From Alkalisalibacterium limincola (GTDB lineage Bacteria > Pseudomonadota > Gammaproteobacteria > Xanthomonadales > Xanthomonadaceae), in assembly GCF_008017755.1 (NCBI RefSeq), contig NZ_VRTS01000007.1, positions 140,501 through 204,500 of the forward strand: DNA of 64,000 bases, given 5' to 3'. Below, piece by piece: positions 26,114 to 36,225 of the stretch (its first letter is position 1; the number at the start of each line of letters is the position of its first letter). The notes beneath the pieces were generated by a model. It was not told the DNA's origin. It was given only the letters and a program-made list of their open reading frames with translations, and searched no databases. The translations under genes were made by a program, and so were the position numbers.

Positions 26114-27334
26114 GTGATGCCGATCGAGTTTCCGATCACCGATCCGCTGCTGCAGTTCGCGGTGCTGATCAGCGCGGTGCTGCTGGTGCAGGTCGCGCTG
26201 GAGCGCGTGTTCGTTCCCGGCCTGCTGGGGCTGCTGCTGCTCGGCATGCTGCTGGGCCCGGGCGGCGCGGAGGTCCTGCCGCGCGAACCGGTGGTGGAAC
26301 TGCTTGGCCAGATCGGGCTGATCTACATCATGTTCATGGCCGGGCTGGAGATCGACCTGTCGGTGGTGCGCAAGCACCTGGGCGAAACGCTCGGGTTCGG
26401 CAGCCTCGCCTTCCTCACCTCGCTGCTGCTCGGGGCCGGCGTCGGCTTCGCGCTCGGCTTCGAGTGGCCCTCGGCGCTGCTGCTGGGCACGCTGTTGTCC
26501 TCGCATACCCTGGTGTCCTACCCGATCCTGAAGCGGTTGCAATTGCTGGGCAGGCGGCCGGTGGTGGCCGCGCTCGGGGGCACCGTGCTGACCGATACGC
26601 TGGCCTTGGTGTTGCTGGCGATCCTGCTGCAGCTCGGGGGCGGTGGCGATGACGGCCGGCCGGATCAGTGGTGGATGCCGCTGCTGTTGCTGACAGCGCT
26701 GGCGGCGCTGTCGCTGACCGGGCTGCCGAAGCTGGCCCGGGCCGTGTTCCGCCGCGAGTGGGTGACGCCGGCGGAGAAGGCGCTGTTTGCGCTGTTCGCG
26801 CTGCTGGCGCTGGCCTCGACGGCCGAGTTGATCGGCACCGAGAAGATCCTCGGCGCGTTCCTGGCCGGCCTGTGCCTGAACCGGGTGCTGGCCGAGAACG
26901 AGGACACCCGGCAGCACGTCGAGTTCGTCGGACGCATGCTGTTCGTTCCGATCTTCTTCGTGTCGACCGGGATGCTGCTCGAGCTCGAGGTGGTCTTCGG
27001 CGAGGCGCGGGTGTGGGGCATCGCCGCACTGCTGTGTGGCGTGGTCGTGGTGGGCAAGGCGATCGCGGCGTGGGTGATCGGGGCGCGCTACGGGTTCTCG
27101 CGCAACGGCAGGCTGATGATGCTGGTCCTGACGATGCCGCAGGCGGCGGCGACCCTGGCGATCACGGTCGCGGGGCAGCAGGTGGGCCTGCTGGAGGCCG
27201 AGGTGGTCGACGCGGTGATCATCGTCATCCTGCTCACCTGTTCGGCGGGGCCCTTGCTGACGCGCTGGATCGGCGACCGCATGCGCGCCCGCGCCGCGCC
27301 CGACGACGGCCCGGTCAACACGCCGACGGCCTAG
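26114..27334 (+). CDS. cation:proton antiporter (Na+/H+ exchanger family)
   Basis: ~12 TM helices; LLGPGGAEVL...IGLIYIMFMAGLEID motif region of CPA family; GTG at 26114 or ATG at 26117. Confidence 0.8.
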   Translation: MMPIEFPITDPLLQFAVLISAVLLVQVALERVFVPGLLGLLLLGMLLGPGGAEVLPREPVVELLGQIGLIYIMFMAGLEIDLSVVRKHLGETLGFGSLAFLTSLLLGAGVGFALGFEWPSALLLGTLLSSHTLVSYPILKRLQLLGRRPVVAALGGTVLTDTLALVLLAILLQLGGGGDDGRPDQWWMPLLLLTALAALSLTGLPKLARAVFRREWVTPAEKALFALFALLALASTAELIGTEKILGAFLAGLCLNRVLAENEDTRQHVEFVGRMLFVPIFFVSTGMLLELEVVFGEARVWGIAALLCGVVVVGKAIAAWVIGARYGFSRNGRLMMLVLTMPQAAATLAITVAGQQVGLLEAEVVDAVIIVILLTCSAGPLLTRWIGDRMRARAAPDDGPVNTPTA

Positions 27335-27423
27335 GTCCCGCCCGCGTCCGGGGTTGGCGTCCGTGCAGCGGGCACCCGATGGCCTTGTCAGTGTCTTGAC
27401 TGCCGCCTGCGCACGCTGTCGCC

Positions 27424-28428
27424 ATGGGAAGGAACCTCATCGAGCTGCGCCCGGAAGGCATGTACTGCCCGGCAGGCGATTTCCACATCGATCCGTGGAA
27501 GCCGGTGGCCCGTGCGGTGATCACCCACGGCCATGCCGACCATGCACGCGCGGGCAGCGGCCGCTACCACGTCACCCGCAGTGGCCTGCCGATCCTGCAG
27601 TGGCGGCTGGGCGAGAGCGACTTCCACGCCCACGGGTATGGCGAGCGCTTCGAGCTGGGCGGGGCGACCGTGTCGCTGCACCCGGCCGGCCACGTGCTGG
27701 GCTCGGCGCAGGTGCGCGTGGAGGTGGGTGGCGAAGTCTGGGTCGCGTCGGGCGATTACAAGCGCGACGCCGACCCGAGCTGCGAGCCGTTCGAGGTGGT
27801 GCGCTGCGACACCTTCATCACCGAGGCGACGTTCGGGCTGCCGGTGTACCGCTGGCAGCCGGCCGCGCAGGTGGCCGCCGAGATCGTGGCGTGGTGGGAC
27901 GAGTGCCGCGAGCTGGAGCGCACCGCCTTGCTGCTGTGCTACGCGCTGGGCAAGGCGCAGCGCCTGCTGGCGGAGTTGCACGCGCTGGTCGGTCACGACC
28001 CGTCGCGCCGCGCGCTGTTGCACGGCGCGATGCTGCAGGGCGTGGAGATCTACCGGCAGGCCGGCGTGGCGATGTTGCCGACGCAGGCGGTGGCGGAGCG
28101 CCAGCGCGGCGAGCGGTTCGCCGGCGAGCTGGTGCTGGCGCCACCCTCGGCGGTCGGTAGTCCGTGGGCAAAGCGCTTCCGCAACGCGTCCACGGGCTTC
28201 GCTTCGGGCTGGATGCGCCTGCGCGGCAACCGCCGTCGGCGTGGGCACGACCGTGGCTTCGTCGTCTCCGACCATGCCGACTGGCCCTCGCTGTTGCGCA
28301 CGATCCGGGAGACCGGGGCCTCGCGCGTGCTGGCCACGCACGGCAACACCGACGCGCTGGTCGCGCTCCTGCGCGAGCGCGGGGTCGACGCGGCGCCACT
28401 CAAGACCCCCTACGGAGACGAGTCGTGA
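27424..28428 (+). CDS. ligase-associated DNA damage response exonuclease (metallo-beta-lactamase fold)
   Basis: HGHADH motif (VITHGHADHARAG), beta-CASP-like remainder; first gene of the conserved exonuclease-ligase-helicase-PdeM cluster. Confidence 0.8.
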   Translation: MGRNLIELRPEGMYCPAGDFHIDPWKPVARAVITHGHADHARAGSGRYHVTRSGLPILQWRLGESDFHAHGYGERFELGGATVSLHPAGHVLGSAQVRVEVGGEVWVASGDYKRDADPSCEPFEVVRCDTFITEATFGLPVYRWQPAAQVAAEIVAWWDECRELERTALLLCYALGKAQRLLAELHALVGHDPSRRALLHGAMLQGVEIYRQAGVAMLPTQAVAERQRGERFAGELVLAPPSAVGSPWAKRFRNASTGFASGWMRLRGNRRRRGHDRGFVVSDHADWPSLLRTIRETGASRVLATHGNTDALVALLRERGVDAAPLKTPYGDES

Positions 28429-30014
28429 AGCGCTTCGCGGGGCTCTACCAGGCGCTCGATCGGAGCACCGGCAGCCTCGACAAGCGAGCCGCACTGGTCG
28501 CCTACTTCCGTGAAGCACCGGCCCACGATGCCGCCTGGGCGCTTTGGTTCCTGTCCGGCGGCAAGCTGCGCCGCATTGCGTCCGGGCCGGAGCTGCGTGC
28601 GTGGCTGGGCGAGGTCACCGGGCACCCGGACTGGCTGGTCGAGGACAGCTACCAGCACGTCGGCGACCTCGCCGAGACGCTGACGCTGCTGGTCCACGAA
28701 CCGACGCCGGATGCGCTCGTGGAACGGGCCCTGCACGACTGGGTCGAGCAGCACCTCCAGCCCGTCGCCGGGGGGGCGGAGGAAACCCGTCGGGCCGCGG
28801 TGGTCGAGGGTTGGCGTGGGCTGCCCGAGGGCGAACGACTGGTGTTCAACAAGCTGATCACCGGGGCACTGCGCGTGGGCGTGTCGCGGCGCAGCGTGCA
28901 GCAGGCGCTGGCCGAGCTCGGCGGCCTGGACATCGCGCTGATCGCGCAGCGCATGATGGGCGAGTGGACCCCGACGCCGGACACCCTGGCGTCGCTGCTG
29001 TCGCGGCAGCTCTCCGACGCAGACCGGCGCCAGCCCTACCCGTTCTTCCTCGCCTCGCCCCTGCAGGACGAACCTTCCGGGCTGGGCCCGCCGGGCGACT
29101 GGGTGCTGGAGTGGAAGTGGGACGGCATCCGCCTGCAGTTGCTGCGTCGCGCCGGTGACGTGGCGCTGTGGTCGCGCGGCGAGGAACGGCTGGACGGCCG
29201 TTTCCCGGAGATCGAGCGGGCGGCGATGGCGCTGCCCGACGGCTGCGTTCTCGACGGCGAGCTGGTGGCCTGGGATGACGACGCCCCGGCGCCGTTCACC
29301 CGCTTGCAGCGGCGCATCAACCGGCTCAAGCCGAGCGCACGGCTCATGGACGAGGTGCCGGTGGCGGTGCTGGTGTATGACCTGCTGGAACTCGACGGTC
29401 AGGACCTGCGCGCGCAGCCCCTGCACGAACGACGCGACGCGTTGGAGGCGTTGCTAGATGTCCACGGTGGGCCCGAACTGCGGCTGTCCCCGCTGCTGGC
29501 GCCCGGCGACTGGGTCGAGGCCGCCGCGCTGCGCGAGGACGCCCGCGAACGGGGTGTCGAGGGCTTGATGATCAAGCGTCGCAGCGGCCCCTATCGGCAG
29601 GGGCGTCCGCGCGGGGACTGGTGGAAGTGGAAGGTCGATCCGCTGACGATCGATGCGGTGCTGATCTACGCCCAGGCCGGCCACGGTCGCCGCAGCACGC
29701 TGTTCACCGATTACACGTTCGGGCTGTGGGACGGCGAGACGCTGGTACCGGTGGCCAAGGCCTACTCGGGCCTGGACGATGCCGAGATCGCGAAGCTCGA
29801 CCGCTGGATCCGCGGCAACACGATCGAGCGTTTCGGACCGGTGCGTTCGGTGCGTGCCCACCACGTGTTCGAGTTGGGCTTCGAGGCGGTCAACCGGTCC
29901 ACGCGGCACAAGTCCGGCATCGCGGTGCGCTTCCCGCGCATCCTGCGCTGGCGCAGCGACAAGCCCGCCGCCGAGGCCGACCAACTCGAGACGCTGCGGG
30001 AACTGGCCCGGTGA
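28425..30014 (+). CDS. ATP-dependent DNA ligase (LDDR cluster)
   Basis: GTG start overlapping upstream stop (GTGA); adenylation domain with KxDG-type lysine motif (EWKWDGIR), OB-fold C-terminus. Confidence 0.85.
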   Translation: MKRFAGLYQALDRSTGSLDKRAALVAYFREAPAHDAAWALWFLSGGKLRRIASGPELRAWLGEVTGHPDWLVEDSYQHVGDLAETLTLLVHEPTPDALVERALHDWVEQHLQPVAGGAEETRRAAVVEGWRGLPEGERLVFNKLITGALRVGVSRRSVQQALAELGGLDIALIAQRMMGEWTPTPDTLASLLSRQLSDADRRQPYPFFLASPLQDEPSGLGPPGDWVLEWKWDGIRLQLLRRAGDVALWSRGEERLDGRFPEIERAAMALPDGCVLDGELVAWDDDAPAPFTRLQRRINRLKPSARLMDEVPVAVLVYDLLELDGQDLRAQPLHERRDALEALLDVHGGPELRLSPLLAPGDWVEAAALREDARERGVEGLMIKRRSGPYRQGRPRGDWWKWKVDPLTIDAVLIYAQAGHGRRSTLFTDYTFGLWDGETLVPVAKAYSGLDDAEIAKLDRWIRGNTIERFGPVRSVRAHHVFELGFEAVNRSTRHKSGIAVRFPRILRWRSDKPAAEADQLETLRELAR

Positions 30015-32439
30015 AGGCGCAGCTGGAGGCCTGGTTTGCCGGGCAGGGTTGGGCGCCGCTGGCGTTCCAGCGCCGCACCTGGCGACACTACCTGGCCGGT
30101 CGCAGCGGCCTGCTGCATGCGCCGACCGGCAGCGGCAAGACACTGGCGGTGTGGGGTGGGCCCCTGCTGGCTGCGGCCGGCCACGCGCCGCGGCCGCGGA
30201 GCACGCCGAGGCTGCGGCATCTGTGGATCACCCCCCTGCGCGCACTCGCCGCCGATACGGTGCAGGCCCTGCAGGCGCCGCTGCCGGCGATGGGCCTGGA
30301 CTGGCGCGTCGGCCTGCGCACGGGCGATGCCAGCGCCCGCGACAAGCGCATCGCCCGGCGCGGCGAGGTCGACGTGCTGGTGACCACGCCGGAAAGCCTG
30401 GCGCTGCTGCTCAGCCACGACGACACCGCCCCGGTGCTGGCCGGGCTGGAGGGCGTGGTGGTGGACGAGTGGCACGAGTTCCTCGGCACCAAGCGCGGCG
30501 TGCTGCTGGAGCTGTGCCTGGCACGGCTGCGCGGCCTGCAACCGGCGCTGCGCGTGTGGGGCCTGTCGGCGACGCTGGGGAACCTGGAGCAGGCGCGCGA
30601 CGTGCTGTTGCCGCACGCGCCCGAAGCGCCACTGGTGCATGGCGTGCGCCGCCGCCGACCCGACATCGAGACGCTGCTGCCGGCCAGCGGCGAACGCTTC
30701 GCCTGGGCCGGCCACCTCGGGCTGGGGCAGCTGGGCCGGGTGGTGCAGGCGCTGGGCCAGGCGCGCACCAGCCTGCTGTTCACCAACACGCGCTCGCAGG
30801 CGGAGCTGTGGCACCAGGCCCTGGCCTCGGTGTGGATGGAGGATCCGGCCACGCTGGCGATCCACCATGGCTCGCTGGATCCGAAGATGCGCCGACAGGT
30901 CGAGCAGGCGCTGGGCGCGGGCACGCTGCGCTGCGTCGTGGCGACCTCGAGCCTGGACCTGGGCGTGGACTTTCCCGCCGTGGACCAGGTGCTGCAGATC
31001 GGAAGTCCGCGCGGCATCGCGCGCCTGCTGCAGCGCGCCGGGCGCAGCGGCCACCAGCCCGACGGGCGCAGCCGCATCCTGTGCGTGCCGACCCATGCGC
31101 TGGAACTGCTGGAGTTCGCCGCCGCGCGCGAGGCGCTGCGGCGTGGAGACATCGAATCGCGACTGCCGCTGCGCCACGCGCTGGACGTGCTGGCCCAGCA
31201 CCTGGTGACCCGGGCGCTGGGCGGCGGATTCATCGCCGCGGACATGCTGGCCGAAGCGCGTGCGACCCATGCCTTTGCCGACCTGGACGGCGACACGTTC
31301 GCCACGGTGCTGGAGTTCACCGTGCAGGGCGGCGCGGCGCTGTCGAGCTATCCCGACTTCCAGCGGCTCGAGCGCGACGAGGGCGGCATGCACGTGCTGG
31401 GCGATCGCCGCCAGGCGCTGCGCCACCGCCTGTCGATCGGCACGATCCTCAGCGACGGCAGCGTGCAGGTGCGCTTCCTCAAGGGCGGCCGGCTGGGAAC
31501 GGTGGAGGAGGGGTTCATCAGCCGCCTGGCGCCGGGTGCGCGCTTCGCGTTCGCCGGGCGCACGCTGGAGCTGGTCCGGTTTCGCGACATGACCGCCTGG
31601 GTGCGCCTGGCACCGGGAGGTCGCGCCGGACCCACCCGCTGGATGGGCGCGCGCATGCCCCTGTCGGGTGAGCTGGGAGAGGAGGTGCGGCGCATCGTCG
31701 CCGACCCCGGCATCCGCGCCCCCGAGATCCACGCCGCTGCGCCCATCCTGGCCTTGCAGGCACGGCTCAGCGTGCGCCCGGCACTGGACGAGCTGCTGGT
31801 CGAAACCCTGGTCCGGCGGCAGCAGCGCTACCTGATGCTGTATCCGTTCGCCGGGCGCCAGGTGCACGAGGGCCTGGCGGCGCTGCTGGCCCTGCGCTGG
31901 GGGCGGCGCGAGGCGAACAGTTTCAGCTACGCCGTGAACGACTACGGCCTGGTGCTGGTGACCGCGCGCGAGGTCGATGTCGACGAGGCCCTCCTCACCG
32001 CGCTGCTTGGCGGCGCGGACCTGCTGGAGGAACTGCAGGCGTGCATGAACCTGGGCGAGCTCTCGCGTCGCCAGTTCCGCGAGGTGGCCCGCATCTCCGG
32101 CCTGGTGGGGCCGACGCTGCCCGGTCGCGCCGCGAAGACGCTGCGTCAGTTGCAGGCCTCCAGCGGCCTGATCTTCGATGTGCTGCAGCAGCACGACCCC
32201 GGCCACGTGATGCTGGAGCAGGCGCGTCGCGACGTGCTGGAGTCGAGCCTGGAGGTGGCGCGGCTGCGCGCGACCCTTGAGCGCATGGCTGGCTGGCGGC
32301 TGCGTCTGCAGCGGCCGAAGTCGCTCACGCCGCTGGGCTTCCCGCTGTGGGCGGAAAGCTTCCGCGCAGCCTCAGCACCGAGGACTGGAGCACCCGCGTG
32401 GCCCGCGCGGCGGCCCAGCTGGAGCGCCGTTTCCAATGA
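30011..32439 (+). CDS. ligase-associated DEXH-box helicase (Lhr-like; frameshift near 32365-32385)
   Basis: Walker A (HAPTGSGKT), DEVH (VVVDEWHEF), helicase C motifs; true C-terminus ...STEDWSTRVARAAAQLERRFQ is in the +1 frame and its TGA overlaps pdeM ATG. Confidence 0.85.
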
Positions 32440-33104
32440 GCCAGCCGCTGTCCATTGTCGTGGCGGGCTGGCCGATGCAGGCCTGGGGACAGCGGGCGCT
32501 GTTCTGGCCCGAGGTGGGGATGCTGGTGATCGCCGACCTTCACCTGGGCAAGGGGGACGTGTTCCGGCGTGGCGGCATCCCGCTGCCCGGCGGTGGCACC
32601 GCCGGCGACCTGCAGCGGCTCGGCCAGCTGGTGGAGGCGACCGCTGCCCGGCGGCTGATGATCCTGGGTGACGTGCTGCACGGTGCCCTGAACCGGGAGG
32701 CGCCCTGGTTGTCCACGTGGGACAGCTGGCGGGCGCGGCATGCGACGCTTTCGGTGGAGGCGGTCCTGGGCAACCACGATCGTGCCCTCGACGCGGAACG
32801 CCTGGGACTGCACGTGCATGGAGAGGAGCATCGCCAGGCCGACCTGGTGTTTCGCCACGAACCCGTGGCCAGCGCCGAGGGGCATGTGCTGGCCGGTCAC
32901 GTCCATCCGGTCCGCCGCGTGCGCGCGGTGGGACTCTCCGCGCGGCTGCCCGTGTTCTGGCTGTCACCGGACTGCAGCGTGCTTCCGGCCTTCTCCGCGT
33001 TCACCGGCGGCTTCGAGGTGCGACCACGGCCGGGCGACCGCCTGCTGGCCTGCACCGGCAAGACGGTCATTGCGCTCCCGGTGGCCGGCCGGAGCAATTC
33101 CTGA
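32436..33104 (+). CDS. pdeM: ligase-associated DNA damage response metallophosphoesterase PdeM
   Basis: Calcineurin-like motifs (LVIADLHLGKG, ILGDVLHG, GNHD, GHVHP). Confidence 0.8.
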   Translation: MSQPLSIVVAGWPMQAWGQRALFWPEVGMLVIADLHLGKGDVFRRGGIPLPGGGTAGDLQRLGQLVEATAARRLMILGDVLHGALNREAPWLSTWDSWRARHATLSVEAVLGNHDRALDAERLGLHVHGEEHRQADLVFRHEPVASAEGHVLAGHVHPVRRVRAVGLSARLPVFWLSPDCSVLPAFSAFTGGFEVRPRPGDRLLACTGKTVIALPVAGRSNS

Positions 33105-33189
33105 TCCGGCGGGTACTGTTTTGCAGTGCAGCGTGACCTTTGTGAGGGTTTCGTTAACCTGACCCTTCCCGACGTGGGGGGAGGGAGCT

Positions 33190-33233
33190 GGCCCGCATCG
33201 CGCTGCAAAGCCGATGCGGGTCTTTTTTTTGTC
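33190..33233 (+). terminator. rho-independent terminator after the LDDR operon
   Basis: CCCGCATCGcgctgcaaagcCGATGCGGG stem followed by TCTTTTTTTTG. Confidence 0.6.
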
Positions 33234-33249
33234 GTGACACAATCGGCGC

Positions 33250-36078
33250 ATGGAGCCCGACACCGACGCAGCCCTCACCCGTTTGCTGGCCGAGCGCCGG
33301 GAGCGCCTGCTGCGCGAAGTGCCTTCCGCGGTGGACTCACCCGCGCTGGACCGCCTCGTGCTGGCCAGCGACTTCGCCTACGAAGCCCTCCTCGCCGACC
33401 CTGCGGCCTGGGATGCGATGCAGGGCGGAGCCATCTCCGTGCCGGAGTTGGCCCCTGGCGACGAGGCGGGGTGGCCGGGACAACTGCGACGGTTCCGTCG
33501 CCTGACGTCGTTGCGGCTGCTGTGGCGCGACCTGTCCGGCGAGGACACGATCGAGCAGACCCTGGCGGGCGCGTCGCTGCTGGCCGAGCAGTGCCTGCAG
33601 GCGGGCCTGGCCGCCTGCGAGGGTGCGATGGCGGAGAGCCACGGATGCATCCATGCCGAGGACGGCACGCCGCAGCGCATGGTGGTCTTCGCGCTGGGCA
33701 AGCTGGGCGGCGGTGAGCTGAATTTCTCCTCCGACGTCGACCTGGTGTTCGCCTATCCACGTCGCGGCACCAGTGACGGGGCTCGCCCGCTGGATGCGGA
33801 CGGCTGGTTCACCCGGCTTGGACAGCGCCTGATCCGGCTGCTCGATGACGTGACACCCGACGGTTTCTGTCACCGCGTGGACATGCGGTTGCGACCGTTT
33901 GGCGCCAGCGGCCGCCTGGCACTGCCGTTCGCGGCGATGGAGCAGTACTTCCAGCGCGAGGGCCGCGACTGGGAACGCTACGCCTGGATCAAGGCGCGGC
34001 CGGTGGCCGGGGATATCGCAGCGGGCGAGGAATTCCTCGACTCCTTGCGGCCCTTCATCTATCGCCGCTACCTGGACTACAACGCGCTCGACAGCCTGCG
34101 CGAGATGAAGGCGATGATCGCCGCGGAGGTCGCGCGCCGTGACCTGGCCGAGCACATCAAGCTGGGTCCCGGGGGCATCCGCGAGATCGAGTTCCTGGCC
34201 CAGGCCCTGCAGCTGATCCGGGGCGGTCGCGAAGCGCCGCTGCGGACCCGCGGATTGCTCTCGGCCCTGGCGGCGCTGGCCGCCGCCGGCCACCTGGAGG
34301 CCGATGTCGCCGAAGCGCTGGCGCAGGCCTACCGCTTCCTGCGGCGGCTCGAGAACCGCCTGCAGATGATGGGCGACCGCCAGGAGCATGCGTTGCCGGA
34401 CGACGCGCTGATGCGTGCGCGCATCGCCCGCGGCCTGGGGTTCGCGGACTTCGCGGCGATGCATGGGGAGCTCGCGCGCCACCGCGAAACGGTGTCGGGC
34501 GAGTTCGAGCGTTTGCTGGCGCCGCGTCGCCGCAGCGCGCAGGTGTCCGACCTGGCCTTGTACTGGCGGCATACGATCGAGGCCGATCCGGCCACGCGCT
34601 CGGACCCCTCGGCGCTGGCCGACGCCGGTTTCGAGGCGTTCGAGGAGGCCGACCAGGCGCTGCGTGAGTTCGCCGCCAGCCCGGCGCTGCGTGCGCTGTC
34701 GGCACGTGGCCGGCAGCGCCTGGACAACGTGCTGCCGGCATTGCTGCACGCCGCCGGCAGCAGCCGCCAGCCGGACGTGGCCCTGCCGCGGCTGTTGGCG
34801 ATGCTGCAGGCGATCGTGCGCCGCACCAGCTACCTGGCCCTGCTCGACGAACAGCCGGGTGCCCGCCAGCGGCTGGTCGATGTCACCGCGCGAAGCGCAT
34901 TGCTGGCCGAGCGCCTGGCCGAGCACCCGCTGTTGCTCGACGAGTTGCTCGACACCCGCGCTTCCGGTGCGGTGCCCACGCGCGAGGGGCTGGAGGAGGA
35001 GCTCGGCCAGCTGTTGGTGCCGGTGGACGTCGACGACACCGAGGAGGCGCTGCGCATCCTCAACGAGTTCCGGCAGAGCGTGGCATTCAGGATCGGGTTC
35101 GCCACTTTGGCGGGTCGCCAGCCGGCCGGCCTGGCCGCCCGTCAGCTGGCCTGGCTGGCCGAGGTGGTGGTGCTGGCCGCGCTGCCGCTGGCCGAGGCGG
35201 CCCTGGTCAAGCAGCACGGGCGGATCCCGGCAGCGGGTATCGCGATCGTGGGCTATGGCAGTTTCGGCGGCGAAGAGCTGGGCTTCTCCTCCGACCTGGA
35301 CCTGGTCTTCCTCTACTCGTGTGCACCCGACGCGCTTTCCGACGGGCAGCGGCCGATCGAGGCGGCGCGCTGGTATGGCCGCCTCGTGCAGAAGCTGCTG
35401 GGTTTGCTCGACACGATCACGCCGGCAGGTCGGCTGTACGAGGTGGACCTGCGCCTTCGACCCGATGGGGCCGGCGGGCTGCTGGTGACCAGTCTGGAAA
35501 GCTTCGCGGGCTACCAGCGCCAGCGCGCCTGGACCTGGGAGCAGCAGGCCCTGGTGCGGGCGCGGGCAATCGGCGGCCGGGGGCCGGTGGAGGAGATCTT
35601 CGAAGCCGTGCGCGCCGAGACGCTGCAGATGCCGCGCGAGAGCGAACGCCTGCGCGAGGACGTCGTGCGCATGCGCCGGCGGATGCGCGGCGAGCTCGAC
35701 CGCAGTCGACCCGGCAGCTTCGACCTCAAGCAGGGATCCGGCGGCCTGGTCGACCTGGAATTCCTGCTGCAGTACCTCGTGCTGGCCCATGCCAATGCGC
35801 ATCCCGAGCTGGCGGGCCCGCGGCGAAGCGACGACCTGGTCGAGGCGCTGGTGTCGGCCGGCGTGTTGTCGAAGAAGGAGGGCGACGCGCTGGTGGAAGC
35901 CCATTCGCTGCTGCTGTCGAAAGGGTTGGAGTGCACGCTGGACCACCGGCCACGGCTGGTGCCGGCCGAGCCGGAGATGGAATCCGCCTGTGGCGTGGTC
36001 GCCGGTGTCTGCCGGGCCCATGGCCTGGATTTCGAGGCCGCCGACGCATCCAACGCGGTGGCCGAGTCGCCGCGCTGA
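33250..36078 (+). CDS. glnE: bifunctional glutamine synthetase adenylyltransferase/adenylyl-removing enzyme
   Basis: 942 aa; two nucleotidyltransferase domains (GKLGGGELNFSSDVDLVF and GYGSFGGEELGFSSDLDLVF). Confidence 0.95.
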   Translation: MEPDTDAALTRLLAERRERLLREVPSAVDSPALDRLVLASDFAYEALLADPAAWDAMQGGAISVPELAPGDEAGWPGQLRRFRRLTSLRLLWRDLSGEDTIEQTLAGASLLAEQCLQAGLAACEGAMAESHGCIHAEDGTPQRMVVFALGKLGGGELNFSSDVDLVFAYPRRGTSDGARPLDADGWFTRLGQRLIRLLDDVTPDGFCHRVDMRLRPFGASGRLALPFAAMEQYFQREGRDWERYAWIKARPVAGDIAAGEEFLDSLRPFIYRRYLDYNALDSLREMKAMIAAEVARRDLAEHIKLGPGGIREIEFLAQALQLIRGGREAPLRTRGLLSALAALAAAGHLEADVAEALAQAYRFLRRLENRLQMMGDRQEHALPDDALMRARIARGLGFADFAAMHGELARHRETVSGEFERLLAPRRRSAQVSDLALYWRHTIEADPATRSDPSALADAGFEAFEEADQALREFAASPALRALSARGRQRLDNVLPALLHAAGSSRQPDVALPRLLAMLQAIVRRTSYLALLDEQPGARQRLVDVTARSALLAERLAEHPLLLDELLDTRASGAVPTREGLEEELGQLLVPVDVDDTEEALRILNEFRQSVAFRIGFATLAGRQPAGLAARQLAWLAEVVVLAALPLAEAALVKQHGRIPAAGIAIVGYGSFGGEELGFSSDLDLVFLYSCAPDALSDGQRPIEAARWYGRLVQKLLGLLDTITPAGRLYEVDLRLRPDGAGGLLVTSLESFAGYQRQRAWTWEQQALVRARAIGGRGPVEEIFEAVRAETLQMPRESERLREDVVRMRRRMRGELDRSRPGSFDLKQGSGGLVDLEFLLQYLVLAHANAHPELAGPRRSDDLVEALVSAGVLSKKEGDALVEAHSLLLSKGLECTLDHRPRLVPAEPEMESACGVVAGVCRAHGLDFEAADASNAVAESPR

Positions 36079-36225
36079 CCGCGTTCATACCCGGAGCCAG
36101 CCGTGCTCCCTGCCCTGTTCCAAGACATCGAGTCCCTGCTGGCGCTGTCGTGAAGCCCGAGGCCCGGGCCGTGGCGCACGCCATGGCCCGCGGCATTCCC
36201 GTACTCAATTGGAAAGGGGAATTTC

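Noticed and set aside
29762-32206. 814-aa minus-strand ORF
   Set aside because: Antisense to the Lhr-like helicase, whose Walker A / DEVH motifs are on the + strand.
33337-36021. 894-aa minus-strand ORF
   Set aside because: Antisense to glnE.
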